Assembly (NCBI GenBank): GCA_964016885.1
Contig: OZ024742.1
Coordinates: 325,934,001 to 325,998,000 of the forward strand
Direction: 5' to 3'
Length of the DNA stretch: 64,000 nucleotides
From: Eledone cirrhosa
Taxonomy: Eukaryota
The position numbers and the translations under genes were made by a program. How positions within the stretch are numbered: the first letter of the stretch is position 1; each line of letters begins with the position of its first letter. The notes beneath the pieces are model-generated. The model ran no database searches. It had not been told where the DNA came from and worked only from the letters and a program-made list of their open reading frames with translations. This document shows, one piece after another, positions 40,420 to 56,154 of this stretch.

Positions 40420-40830
40420 ATGTGTGTGGGGGGGGGGGGGTGTTAGTGTGCGCGCTAAAATTCAATAAAAATAAATGAACATCACTGAAGAAGAACTCAT
40501 TACGATATTGGCATAACTCTTATGAGAAAAGAATAAGCATTTCTGAAAGCTAGTTTGTAGTCTGTAAGAAAATCATTGGAATAAAGAATGGACTTTTCTT
40601 AGGAAGAAGAGTAAATGCACCTTTGAAATAGTAAGGGGTAGAGAAAGAGAAAATAACGTGGAGTCAAATGACAACGATATTATTTGGAGCGTAATATTCA
40701 TTGAACGTTCAAGCGAGGCATAGTTTTGGAAATTATTTTTGCGTAGGCTTGAATGTCGCAAGAGTGTGGCGTTGGCTTGTGTGTTTTTTGCGTTTTCTTC
40801 CTTTACATATATATATTTACATTTACATAG

Positions 40831-41433
<603 letters not shown>

Positions 41434-41510
41434 TACATACATACATACATACATACATACATACATACATACATACATACATACATACATACATACATAC
41501 ATACATACAT

Positions 41511-44500
41511 GATGGCTGCCCGCTCGTTATCGAGTATGGCCATTGCACAAGAAAATAAAAAAAAAAATTAAATAAAATAATAATAATAATAATAATAATA
41601 AGTATAATAATAATAATAATAATAAATAAATTTAAAAAAAAAAAAATATATATATATATATATATACATACATACATATATACATACACACATACGTACA
41701 CATACACACACACATATACACACACACGCACGCACATAAGCATATCTACACACACACACACACACGATAGCAACTAACACTGCTGCGATCGAATGTGGCT
41801 TTTTAACCCAGCCAATGATCTAAAATGTCTTGCACAGAGTCGGCAACCAAAACATTCACTGGGAATAGTCGGCTGTGGTTGGAGTTCGTGTACTTTTGAA
41901 TGTCGCTTGAGCCCTCCTGCTGATTTACATTCACTACCACATGTTTGGCAAGCATGATGAGTAGCATCTCCAACGGCAGCCTGGTAGTCAACCACTGGTC
42001 TTACTTTATGACTGCGAAGATGACTTTCGAGTCCAGCTTTGCTTAGGCAGAGTCTCGCACAGACGCTGCATCTCAGCACCATAGGAGGACCCTCGCCGTC
42101 TGGAAGTGCAACAGCAATGCCCTTCCTCACATCTCGCTTTACTTTCTCGTGTGCGATTCGAGATGCCTCAAAGGCAACTTTTCCCTCATATACAGTCTTT
42201 CTCCATTTATTACGATCAGCAGCAATATTTTCCCATGTATCAGCAGAGATGTTAGCGTCTTTCAGAGAGGCTTTCAAGGAATCCTTATACCTCTTTTTTG
42301 GTTTATGTGGCGGTCGTTTTCCTTTAACCAACTCTCCATAAAAGAGTTGTTTTGGTATTCTAGAATCCTTCATCCTGGCAAGGTGACCACTCCAACGGAG
42401 TCGTTGTTTAAGCACAAGAGCTTCTATACTGTCACACATAGAGCTTTCCAAAATCTCGACATCACTGATGTGGTCCCTCCAGTGAACGCCATGGATCCGT
42501 CTGAGACACATCCGATGGAAACGCTCCAATTGCTTAAGGTGGTGTCGATATGTGACCCAGGTCTCGCAGGCATAAAAAAGACAAGAGAGTACACATGCCC
42601 TGTAAACCCTTACCTTTGTCCTCCTGCATATATCTCCCCGACCGCAGAGTCGCCTTTCTAGCTTTCCGAAAGCATCACTTGCTTTCCTAATCCTAAGTGA
42701 GATTTCACTGTCAAGGTTGCTGTATCGATTGACAGTGCTTCCCAGGTAGACAAACTGATCAACCACTCCAAGTCGTTTGCCATACACATAGATGTTTGGT
42801 TCAGTGTACTGCTTACTAGGGGCAGGTTGGTACATGACGACGGTTTTCTTGAGACTGACAGTCAAACCCAGGGCAGTGCAAGCGTCAGAAAGTGCATTCA
42901 AAATGTGCTGCATATCACTCTCTGTGTGCGCTACGAGATCGCAATCATCTGCATACAAGAGGTCTCTTATGATTGATGTAAATACTTTTGTCTTCGCAGC
43001 AAAGCGCCTGATGTTAAATATGCTACCTGAGGTTCGATATCGGATGTAAACACCATGCTCGCAATTCCTGAATGCAATACAGAAAACCATTGCAAAGTAT
43101 ATGGCAAACAGGGTCGGTGCTGGAATATCCCCCTGTTTTACTCCATTTTTTACTGAGATAGGCTCCGACACGTTACCTCCGACATTAACCCAAGCCTTCA
43201 TGTCGTCATGGAAAGACCTAACTAAAGCAAGGAACTTATCAGGGCAACCAAGTTTCTGGAGAACCTTCCATAATGCATCTCTGTTGACAGTATCGAAAGC
43301 CTTTGTCAGATCGACAAAATCCTGATACAGATCCAAGCCTTGTTCAATGCACTTCTCCTGGAGCTGTCTAGCTGAGAAGATCATATCAGTAGTGCCGCGT
43401 CCAGCACGAAAATCAGATTGACTTTCAGGAAGAACACAATCTGCAATGTGTGTCAGCAGACGGTCCAGAAGCACCCTACATAAAACGTTCCCTACTACAG
43501 AAATCAATGATATACCTCTGTAGTTCCCACAATCATTCCTGTTACCCTTTCCCTTGTACAAGACCACCATTACTGCATCTCTCCAGTCCTCAGGTACGGA
43601 TTCATTAGCCCATATCCTTCCAAACAACGAGTGAAGATGTTGCAGGAGTCTCTCACCACCATATTATAGGAGCTCAGCATGTATGCCATCCATACCTGGA
43701 GATCTCCCACTGTTCAGCTTCGAAATAGCCACTGCAACCTCCACAAGCGTCGGAGGTTCTGCGAGAGCTACTTTCACAGGACTTTCTGGAATGAGATTGA
43801 GGAAATCTTCACTGACGACAGACGGCTGATTCAAAAGATCATCAAAGCGCGGCTGCCACCTTCGTAGAATTCCCTGTGAGTCACGAAGAAGTTCTTTGCC
43901 ATCCTTGCTGCGAAGCAGTGTCACCAGAGAAGAAGACGGTCCATAAACCTCACGCAAGAGACTGTACAACAGCTTTGTGTTATTGGAATCAGACGCAGTT
44001 TGTATCTCACCAGCCTTCTCACTCCACCACTGATCATTCATCTGAGAAAGACTCCGCCTAACACGTGATTTTACATCCCTGAGTTCCTCATGCAACGTAT
44101 TCCTCTCCTGTGGTTTTGCCGTCAAGTAGCGTGACAGAGCACGCCTCTTATCAGCCAACAAGTCTTCTATATGTACATCATTCTCATTAAACCAGTCCTG
44201 ATGTTTTCTCTGCACCAATCGCAGAACACGCCTGCCTACATCATAAACCGACTTTTTAAGGGTCGGCCAATGCTCACCAAGATCTGCAGCCTGCATCTCT
44301 TCTTCCAATGTCCTCTTCACATTTTTATCCTTAAGACGAGCAGCATTCAATCTTTTGGGCAGGGTAACACCAGGAGCCCGGATTTTACGTTTGGTGATTA
44401 GTTTCACTTTTGCGCGTACCAGGCGGTGGTCCGTCCAGCACTCAGCTCCACGAAGAACACGAACACACTGCACATCCTGTCTGTCACGCATCTTGACTAG

Positions 44501-45693
44501 GACGTAGTCCAAAAGATGCCATTCCTTTGATGCAGGATGCATCCATGTGGTCTTGAATTTGTTCTTTTATTGGAACATGGTCTTGTTAACACACAGATCC
44601 AGCTCCTCACACATCTGCAGCAGGAGCATACCATTGCTGTTACACTTTCCCACCCCATGCCTTCCGATTACATTCCATGTGTTAAAATCCCTACCCACTC
44701 TAGCATTAAAGTCACCAAGCACGATGACTTTTTCTGCCTGAGGGATATTTCTTAGAACACTTTTCAAGGCATGGTAAAAGGACAGTTTTTCTTCATCGAA
44801 AGAATTCATGGTTGGAGCATACACACTCACCAGTGTAGCATATCTTCCTTTGTCCAGCGGAACTCTCATGGACATAAGACGCTCACTAATCCCTACTGGG
44901 AATTCTTCTAATTTATTCACAAGTACAGTCTTAACAGCAAATCCTACCCCAGCCACTCTTCTGGTTCCTTCATCTCTTCCTTTCCAGAAGAATGTATATT
45001 CTCCACAAAATTCCGTAAGATGACCATCTCCAGCTAACCTCGTCTCAGATAAAGCCACGATGTCAAGATCGTAACGCCGAAGCTCCTTTGCAACAAGAGC
45101 GGTCCTTCGTCCAGGACGCTCCAAGGAATCCCTGTCAAGCAGCGTCCGTACGTTCCAGCAGCCAAGACTAAATGCCCTGTTTGGCTCTATTACAATGGCA
45201 CGATGACGAGCGGGCCCAGGCTGTGATAACTTGGGGCCCCTCCCCTTATTGCCAATGATCTTTTTTGTTCCAGAACCTAAATTGCCAATTATCTCTTTTA
45301 CATTGTTCTGGAACATCATTGAATATAAAAAAAAAAAATTAAAAAAAAAGTAAAAATAATAGTAATAATAATAATAATAATAATAATAGTACACTATTAA
45401 TAATTATTAATGCACTCGTGCAATGCCTGTGGGTCACGAATATTTTTAAAGTGAGGAAAGACTGTGCACTGAGTCAATCCCACTCTCTGAGCGACAGCAG
45501 CTATAACCCGAAAAGAAGAAAAGATCAACATCATCGGTAACTACTGAGCCGCAGGTTTTATATCGGAGTTAACCCAGTTTCTTGAGATGCCTTCTCCTAG
45601 AAGTATGCCCTGACAAGGGCTAGGGGTTCTTCACTCCCAGTGGTTTAACTGCGCGATCGGGCATCCAGCCCGATTATTTCTATGTCCCCGCGC
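41511..45693 (-). mobile_element. Near full-length RTE-clade LINE
   Basis: 5' UTR with CCCCTAGCCCTTGTCAGGGCA..CTAGGAGAAGG; single long reading frame; 3' end TGGCCATACTCGATAACGAGCGGGCAGCCATC plus (ATGT)n. Confidence 0.93.
41774..45319 (-). pseudogene. RTE ORF: APE endonuclease, RT and three C2H2-type fingers; about 1180 codons with two in-frame TAA stops
   Basis: GCWNVRTL, ALSETR, SVYAPT, GDFNARVG, HLLDYV, TDHRLV; NYRGISL, QGD, LYADD, YLGS; three track ORFs share one frame (stops at 44567-69 and 43664-66). Confidence 0.93.
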
Positions 45694-45961
45694 AAAAAAA
45701 AAAAAAAAAAAAAAAAACCTACTTATTGACACTTATACGTACGACATACACACACACGCTTACATATGCGCGCACACAGCAACACTCACACATACAAACA
45801 AACACACACACACGCTACTCTACTCACTTACACGCACACACACATATATATATATATATTACCTTCATTAGTGATACAAGATTACAAGATTATGTCAACT
45901 GTTGACTTTCAAGAGTTTGTATAGTTGAAGCCGATCGTATTACAGTCCAGTATTATTATAA

Positions 45962-46110
45962 TTGCTTTACAGCATAGAGTTATGGCTCTCCACGCTCTGA
46001 GCTCAAATCCCGCCGAGGTCAACCTTGCCCTTCATCCCCACGGAGTCAACAAAAGAGAGTACCAGTGATACGCTGGCCAGTCGCTGGATCCGTGCCAAAA
46101 GCAGAAAAAT
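45962..46110 (+). mobile_element. Family S SINE, diverged and 5'-truncated
   Basis: GAGCTCAAATCCCGCCGAGGTCAACCTTGCC..GTACCAG..GTGCCAAAAGCAGAAA. Confidence 0.8.
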
Positions 46111-46889
46111 TATTATTAAGGTTTTCTTAAGGCCCGGTCGCTGGTGATGGTGATGGCGGCAGCGGTGGCGGTGGTGGTGGCAGTTGATGTTGTTGTTGTG
46201 TTGTGTGCGTGTGTGTGTGTGTGTGTTTTGTTATTTTGAGTTTTTTTGTTTTTTTTTCGTTTTTTCCCTTCCTTTTTTTAGGTTTTGATGCCGCTGTTGT
46301 TGTTGTTGTAAATGTTCATTTCAGTTCATTCTGAAGCTGTTGTTGCTGTAAACATTAGTGCCGGTGTTGTTGTTGTTGTAGATGTTGGGGTTGAAATCTG
46401 GTCGTTTGACTGAGTGATGTATATACACACATATACATACACACACATATATATATATATACACATTCAACAGAGAGTAGAGAGTTTGACAACAGGTCGA
46501 TGACTTTAGTCTAGATAGGGTAATGACATGTGATGGTGGGGAGAGAGTGTAGACGTTATTGTGGTGGTGGGGACAGTGAGATGTATCTAGTTCATTTGAC
46601 CGTTTTCTTCTCTTTGCAAAATTTGAATTTTAGCCATGTTATATTGAGATGTAAGTAAATGTAAAATGTAAAATATAAATAAGGATTGCTCTGCTAAAAT
46701 ATACTAAAATATTTGTGTAACTTCCACAAACTTCTGTCGTGACATTCCCGAGTCCAGTGACGAAAAAATTGTTGTATTTTGATGTTTCAGAATACAAAAA
46801 TTAATTAAAAACTTACCCCACGAAAAGACAGCGTGTGTTGTCCTATCTATAAGCTCCCTCATACATACATACATACATACATACATACA

Positions 46890-46921
<32 letters not shown>

Positions 46922-48181
46922 CTTCTTCGATTGATATTTTCGGAGGTCTAAATTTTACGTAGATACACGCTTATAATTATTGAAAGAAGACTATATCTGA
47001 TTAAAATACAGTAGGCCTAAGATATAGAGGATATTCCTACATATAGAGGAAGATGGCTCTTGAAGAAATTTATATATAATTCAATTAACTGTATACACAA
47101 TTCATAGAGAACATTTTAAAAAATTGAATTGTAATTAAATTATAATTTAAGTAATACGAAAGAGTATTTAAACTATATATATATACTGCTATTATTTTTG
47201 TTTACTATTCCCTATAACTGTCCAGACGTTCCATTATATATCGTCTATCTTCTTTGCTTCATTTTAAGTCAATTTCCGGAGTGATTTCACTAATGTATTT
47301 AGTTAAGATTTCTAAATATGAATCCGGTTATGGAAAAGTTTATTTTTTTTGTATCTAAACAACACACATTCCGTTCTGTAAACTATTAATGTCTTCAAAT
47401 GTGGGGGCTTGCAATAAATCTTGAATATTCGCTGTTTCAAATTCTTTTAATACCAGTTCCTGCATCATTTCTACAAATCGTTCCTAATTAAGACTTTGTC
47501 ATTCCCTGTGCTATGGGAATTCCTGATTAAATCTGGGTACATGTTTTTGTAAATCTCAAATGAACAACTACTAAGGCACAAAATGACATTTATCGACTGA
47601 TGTCTGATAGCCGTCACTGTAACTAACATATTTAAATTCCCGTTACGATAATTACCAAAGCTCTAAGTACTATTGATGAAGTTCTGTTTGATAAAACATA
47701 AACGACTTCCCCTGATGCGAACGTTTTCATTGTGTCATGATTTTAAGTGAGTCCAAAAGAGTTGTTGTCTGGCAAATTTAACACAGTATCAACTGACATC
47801 AAATATCAATTGTTCAGAGGGTCATTCTAGTAACCATAACCTAAACCTTTCTTAGAGATATCTATATATCAGGGAAACTATATTTGGAAATGACTTTCAG
47901 TGTACTTTGTTAAAAAGGATGAAGTCATTAATCGGTAAATCTGCACATACATGGATTGGAAGGATAACAGACCTTGAAGGGTAAAAACAAATTCGCGATG
48001 TAGTGAGAGTTCTTATGAAATTATGTAACACGATTTATACTTGTAAAATAAAATTAATCTTTTCTGACATTGACTACAAATTAATCACAATTCTCTGCAT
48101 CGACTTTTGACCCAGACACATTTTTCAGTTCTCGAATAATATCCAGCATAAAAAGTTTTCGTTTCTTGTGTATTTGACTTT

Positions 48182-48282
<101 letters not shown>

Positions 48283-48558
48283 GTGCATGTATTTGTTTTG
48301 CAAGGTTCTTGAAGTGAGATCGTGAGTTGAAACAGATATTATTATATTAGGGAAATGCTTATGTTGCCAGTATTGCCAAAACAAAACACATTCACCACAG
48401 GATTTTCACTTTTTCACTTTATTTTTTATTGATATTTATTGATTAGTTCATCAAAGTTCTTTTGTCACATATTCTGTGAACTCCTCAATGACTATATTTT
48501 CTCTTTTATGTCTAATTTCCTTTTCTGGTCGTAATTTGTTACTCTCCTTCATGAAGTA

Positions 48559-48650
<92 letters not shown>

Positions 48651-48683
48651 GTATATTTATATATATTTATATATATTTATATA

Positions 48684-48728
<45 letters not shown>

Positions 48729-50498
48729 ATACAAACACACACACAGACACACACACACATATATGCACTCACACAGACACACACACGCACTCTCACACAC
48801 ACACACATATATATATACACACACATACATAAATATATATATATATATATATGTATATACACACACTAACATATATATGTATAAGATATATATATTCACA
48901 CACAATGCATTTTGTGTTGTTTCGTTTTGTTCATATACTTCACCATCATTCTCTCATCAACGTTATATATTTATCGACTAGTTCACATATTGATTAGTTT
49001 GAAAGAGGTATTTATCGATTAATTTGACGTCTTAGGTTTCCATTTTGTATTTCTTACTATTATTATCTATTTTATGTAATCACAGTTTCTCAATAATTTC
49101 TTTATTAATACTGACTCATAAGTTCAATAATGTGAATATTCCAGTCAGTAATTTTGTTTTTGTTGTTGTAGCTGCTGTTGTTGTATTGCTTCATATGCCT
49201 AATTTCATATGAATTTGTAAAAATAAAACAAGTAATAAAAGCTCTCTTATTTCTACTTTGCGTATAGTCAACATGCACTACTGTAACCTTTATCGATCTA
49301 CTTACCTAACTTGTTTAGTCTGGCAGTACAACACTTCTGAACGTGCGTAACCAATTTTAAATGTAGCATTATACTGTTCGAATGTTGAATCTGTAACTTA
49401 TAGAATGAGATTCTAGTTAATAAAATAAAAGAAAAACAATGTTACCACATTACTAAATCCTCCCAGGATTTCTTCTTCTAATTTCAATGTTTACACTAAT
49501 TTAAGACACCAATAGTTTCTATATTACCTCAGTCGAGGTAGGTAACATTTAAAATTATTTTTGGCAGAATGTGTTGTTTGAACGATAAACAATATGAGTT
49601 TATAATACTGGTACGAAACAGATTGCATACAATAATATTTACAATTAAAATATGATATTGAAATGAAACAAAAAATAACGGGAATGAAGAAAAAGAAAAA
49701 AAGTGAGTTAATCAACAAAAGAAAAAGAAAGAGATGTGATGGATACACTCTACACCACAATCTAAACGGTGATTCTGCCATGCCCCATAGAGAAAATAGC
49801 GAATACATTGCCACGCGAATGACCATCAATACCCGTTGCAACGACTTCTCCACCTCAGAGAGATTGTTCTTGAGGCGGCCTACTGCTTTTCAGATTTTCA
49901 GATGAAATCTCCAGTGTAAGAACCGTGGACACCAGAGGTCTCGTCGACCGGTACGAAAAGGAAGCGGTCAGACATTTCCATCACAAAATTACATTTCAAT
50001 ACGCTGTCAAAATTGATTGAATGTGTAAGGAAATTAAAATAAATGTGAAATTAAGAAATATTACGTTCGCATTATATATATCCGAAAATGTCAGTCCGGG
50101 GTTGATCCCATCTTACGCTATTTGGATCTCAAACAAATTTTCTCAAAAGCATGAACGTCAAACTGTCTTTGCCTTCTCCGTAATGTATATGATAGCTATA
50201 AGAAATGAAAGAGATCGCAATAGTATTACATAAAAGTTAGTATCGAGAGCTATAATTCAGAAGAAAACCTACCGAGATAAAGCGAGTTATAATATTTAGT
50301 TCTGAGCGTTTATCTTCTGAATTGTAATCCGACCAAAGCCGACATAATACTTTTCCTAAATTAGGCCTACAAAATAAGAACAGAAAATTTACTTCAAACG
50401 AGACAATCGATTATTGTCACCACCTAAGGATCATAGCATTATGAACAGTACCAATCTACAATGGTGAATAGGCAGAATCGTTTGAAAGGATATATATG

Positions 50499-50534
<36 letters not shown>

Positions 50535-50538
<4 letters not shown>

Positions 50539-50913
50539 AATGAAGTAATTCCATCGGAAAAGTCCAGGAAAAAAGAGTGCTCTATGTAAGCAACAGAGCT
50601 TAATTATTATTATTATGTAATAAACAACATAAGGCAATTATTCCATTTACCAGTGGTTTCTTAAAAGCAAAAGGTTTTGCTTTCAATCCTCAGAATGAAA
50701 AATCCTGGTTTGTTTATTGAATATGGATTCTAAAAACGAAAATGCAATCTATATGAAAGTGAGGCTGGAAAAGGGAGAAGGAAAGGAAAAATAAAATAAA
50801 ATAAAACTACACATGCAAACACACACAAAAAAACCCAAAAGCATACTTACACACACACACATATATACACATATAATTTGCACGCATACACATATACACA
50901 TACACATACATAT

Positions 50914-50960
<47 letters not shown>

Positions 50961-51060
50961 CACATACATACACACATATATATATAAGAGCGTACACCTA
51001 CACACACATACACATATATATACACACATATACACATACATATATTCATACATACACACG

Positions 51061-51094
<34 letters not shown>

Positions 51095-51129
51095 TACATA
51101 TATATACACATGTACATATCCATACATAC

Positions 51130-51160
<31 letters not shown>

Positions 51161-51197
51161 CATATATACACATACATATACACACATATACACATAT

Positions 51198-51237
<40 letters not shown>

Positions 51238-51633
51238 GTGTGTACAAGCCTACACATACACACACACATATATATACACACACATATACATACATTCACA
51301 CAAACATACAACGTACATACATACACATACATGAATGCACTCCACTACATATTAACACACGCAAATAAATATAAGAAAAAAATATATAAATAATATTAAC
51401 AAATATTTGACAGCGATACATGCCCCAGCTAACAGGACAGACACGCGTGGTAAGTAAAACACACATAAGCGCATATACATACGTTCGAAATAGTAAACAC
51501 ATACACACACTCTCACACATAAATATACATATACAAATACATAAACACGTACATACACATACATACGCAAACACGTACACGTATACAATATAAACACACA
51601 CATGTATATGTAATTATATACACACACACACAC

Positions 51634-51673
<40 letters not shown>

Positions 51674-52210
51674 TATATATACATACAAAATATAAAAATA
51701 TAAACGCACACACACATATAAATACGTAAACACACATATACATACATAGCTAAACAATTATACACATGCAAATACGTATATATCAAAAGAACGCACAACC
51801 AAATACAAACACACACACATATATACACACACACACACCCACACACAAACCCACACATACATAAAAATAAATAAAAACACACGCAACATATACATACATA
51901 CACGTACATATACATACATACACATATACATATACATATATATATATACACACATATATATACACAAATATATATACACATATATATATATATACACACG
52001 TACACGTACACATACACACATGCATACACATACACACACACATATACATGTGTGTATGTGTAAAGCTCAGTATTAGATAAGACAAATGAACCTTACATAA
52101 ACGTATATATAGTAGTAAAGTAATAAAGCCATACAAGGCAATTAATCCATTCACCAGAGGTTTCTTAAAAGCAAAAAAAGTTTCCTTCAATCTTCAGAAT
52201 GAAATATACA
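50535..52210 (-). mobile_element. PLE-like element with two direct pLTR/HHR copies 1504 bp apart around a (CA/TA)-rich body
   Basis: 50625-50702 is similar to 52128-52204. Confidence 0.7.
50644..50697 (-). ncRNA. Type I hammerhead ribozyme; second copy 52148-52201 has a GUG (non-cleavable) site
   Basis: CATT-CTGAGGA-TTGAAAGCAAAA.CC.TTTTGCTTTTAA-GAAAC-CACTG-GTA-AATG. Confidence 0.8.
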
Positions 52211-52272
52211 AATATATACACACATACAGACACGCACACACACATATATATATATACATATATATATATATA

Positions 52273-52314
<42 letters not shown>

Positions 52315-52512
52315 TATACAGACATACATACACACATACACACACATACATATACACACATACATACACATATATATACATACACAAACATATACGTACA
52401 CATATACATATATACACACAAAAATACATACACATACACATAGGTATGTGAAGGGCAAAACAAAAAGAATATATGGGGTGGGGGGCCTAGAGGAGGTAAA
52501 AATATAAAGGGA

Positions 52513-52622
<110 letters not shown>

Positions 52623-52623
52623 G

Positions 52624-52702
<79 letters not shown>

Positions 52703-52849
52703 CAGAGACAACAGAAGGCCAGATTCAAAATATTCTTTTAATGTTGCAAGAATCACAATACTTTTTTCTATGACCTGCTTACATCCACAAATCATGACCT
52801 AAGACTTTTCCAACGTCACCAGATGTAAATTGAAAAGATTGAGTAATCA

Positions 52850-53254
52850 GTTACAGGATTACGACGAACATAATCAGAGAATACACTTTATTCAGAGACG
52901 TCACGGAATTCAGTTTTACTACCATGACGAACCGCCTTTGCATATCGCACACTCGACAGTGCTAAACATACTGCGTTCGAAAGCACGACCGAGGAAGATG
53001 GAGTTACTTGGCGGTCACAGAAATGCATATCTCATTTCCAATAACCAGTCTACTATGGAGAGAAAACTTTCAACCCAGTTGCAAAGATAGTTAGCAATTA
53101 CAAATTGATGTACTTTTTTAACTAGTGTGCCATCAACTACAGTATCATAAGCACTCATGGCAAGTGAAATGAAAGTGGTTGATGTTTTCAACAGCTTTGA
53201 GTTTTTGATGAATATGATTATTTCATGTACACAATTCTTAGTGTTTCTATTCAT
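52850..53254 (-). pseudogene. Ancient CR1/Jockey/I-group LINE RT remnant
   Basis: SAYDTVVDGTLVKKVHQFVIANYLCNWVESFLS resembles KAFDTV.H..LL.KL...GI.G....WI.SFLS; later motifs decayed. Confidence 0.5.
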
Positions 53255-53880
53255 TTGAAATCCGAATTGTCTATTCTAAGTAAGATAATCTATTACCTAT
53301 ACATCTTTCTAACATTTTAGATGGGTTACACAGTAGAGTTAGGCGGCGATATGATCTGGTAGACTAATGCTTCAGGTAATATCGATGATGTTGAAATTTA
53401 AATATACTATTAGACAAATTAGCATCATTATTTGTATAACACTCCTTATTTCATTTATCATTAAATTAGGGTTAGGGTTAGTATTAGGGTTAGGGGACGG
53501 CCTGTAGCAGTTTCCTCTCTTAATTGCTAATATCCCTTGCCCAATAATATGCAAATGAGTATCTCCAGCAGATCATATTGACGTAAAATTCTATAAGGTA
53601 GAAAATATTCTCCAGTAACTACCGAATGAGTAAACATCACCGATGATGGATATCAACCCTGAAACATTAGCATCTCTAGTTCATATACATATCGATTCAG
53701 TGTCAGACATTTAAGTTAAATTTTGGAAAATTAAAATTCCTAAAAATAATGATTAATTAACGTGGCATAGATTTCTCATGCTCATCATTGGAGTGAGATT
53801 TCTGACATAATCCCAAACAATCTTCCATAAATAGTACAAGCACACACACACCACATACACACACACCACATACACACACA

Positions 53881-53967
<87 letters not shown>

Positions 53968-54119
53968 CATATATACTCTTAAATAAATTAATGTTTTGAA
54001 TTCTCACTGAAAAAATTGTCTTCAACATTTTATACTGAAAGAATCTTTTTCCTTTCTACTATTTGTTTTTATATATATACCAAGTGGTGTGTTACTTTTC
54101 TGCATATACACACACACAT

Positions 54120-54220
<101 letters not shown>

Positions 54221-54543
54221 TATAGAAAGGAAAATTGGCATATACCTCTTTCCAGGTGTCTGACTAATCCCTAGAGATCTTATAGGAATCGGTGTCCGAA
54301 TGGTATATGTATATATATAGGAGATACCCTGTCTGATGACGGATACGGAACTACAGACGGCGCTGTTAGAGTGCTCTCCCTTGCTTGGTTGCTAAATAGC
54401 AGTAGCGGTTTATCACCGATTCTTAAATCTTGTAGAGAATCTATAAGCATGTTTAATTACATGTACATTTCGTATATGATTTAATATGTAACTCTCTATA
54501 TATACACCCATACATATATAAACCCATATATATGTATACGTAT

Positions 54544-54628
<85 letters not shown>

Positions 54629-55397
54629 CATACATACATGTAAATGCATCCTAAATGTGTCCAATATACTTGCGTGAACTTTCGCTTATAACACGTAACA
54701 AATTGGAATGTTTCATGCTATAGACAATCAGGTAGAGAGAGTGGCTTTATTAAACACAACGGTAATTTTTTTTAAATTCATTACTATTCTTTTAAAGAAA
54801 TACAATGCATGAATATAATCAAAAGGTGGGTGAGAATGAAATATATTATATTGACATCAAATATAAATTAGTTGGATTAACATTTAATTCTGGAAAAAAA
54901 ATATATATTCCTTTGTTATTTGTGTTAAAAGTGTTTGCATGAGAGTACACCAATGTTTGTCTGCTTCAGATTATTGCTTTCGTGTGTGTGTTTTCTTAAT
55001 GCTTCATTGTTTTCCTAAGAAAAAAATGCATATGTCTGCTAATGTTTACATGTAGTATGTTATGAGTGCTATTCTGCCATTGCGTGTCTATATGATCTAA
55101 AATATTTTATGTAGCGCTACCATTTATTATTGGAATGTAAATGTAGCTATCCAGAAGTATATATGTGTGTGTTTCGTTGTTTCATTGGATAATATATTTC
55201 TTTATGTTTGAATTCGTATGTGCAATGTTTATTGTATATCACTCTAGCATTTTATTGTCTTTGTGATGTTTTATTGTGAATGCATTGTGATATTGCGTCA
55301 GTTGCAAGGAATTATGTATGATATATGTTAAGGGGTATGTCATATATTATATGTATGAAATATAATATATGACATACCCCTTAACATATATCATATA

Positions 55398-55580
55398 GGG
55401 CGGTGAATTGGCAGTATCGGTAGAGGGTTGGACGCCATACTTTCTAGCATAGTTACGTCCCTTTACGGTTCAAATCTCGTCGAGGTTAACCTTGCCTTTC
55501 ATCGTTACGGAGTCGATAAGATAAAGTACCAGTAATGTACTGTGTAATTGGTGGCTTTGTGCCAAACGTAGAGGCAATTA
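55398..55580 (+). mobile_element. Family S SINE
   Basis: GGGCGGTGAATTGGCAGTATCGG..GTTCAAATC..GCCTTTCATC..GTGCCAAACGTAGAGGC. Confidence 0.88.
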
Positions 55581-55594
55581 TATGTATAACATAC

Positions 55595-56095
55595 CTACAA
55601 TTATACAAGCTTGCATACAATCAGGGGAATCTTCAGATACTTCACCTTGAATAAAGTTTCAGATTTTTACCAGTAATAATTGGGGCTCTGCGATATATTA
55701 CTAGCTACCTCTGTACAAATCCTGAGAATCTGTGCTTCACAGAAACAGAAAGAAAACGGCTAGTTGGGAAGTTGCAATTACAACCCTTTAATAGTACTGT
55801 AAAATTGTGGAAAATATTTAAGAAATTAAGCCTCTAGTAACTGCATACACATCTGTATCAATACAGAAACATCCGCCAGTACACATATAACTCAAAACAA
55901 ACATATCCACACATCCAGTAACGTCCATACCTGCACACATACACAAACACATACAATAATTCATACGTATATCTCTATATGATGTTCTATAAAGGCAAAT
56001 GGATTTTATGTTAGAAACTGATTCTCTCTCTCTCTCTCTCTCTCTCGCTCTCTCTCTCTCTTGGTGAAAATTTATAAAATAATAAAATCACCAGG
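55595..56095 (+). mobile_element. RLE-type non-LTR retrotransposon 3' fragment
   Basis: LQILH..FRFLPVIIGALRY; 3' UTR homologous to 57300-57530. Confidence 0.7.
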
Positions 56096-56154
56096 ACATA
56101 TATACGTATACACATACATAATACACCTATATTCATATACATATATTTATATAA

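Noticed and set aside
43664-44569. RTE stops rescued by A-to-I editing or readthrough
   Set aside because: Both are TAA at positions best explained by CAA/AAA point mutations; editing would need double events and would give Trp.
49524-50000. GC-richer unique segment with overlapping ORFs, possible promoter or exon
   Set aside because: No recognisable domain or splice structure; left unannotated.
53466-53496. (TTAGGG)n telomere-like repeats
   Set aside because: Only about 4 imperfect units; more likely part of a decayed transposon than a telomere fusion site.
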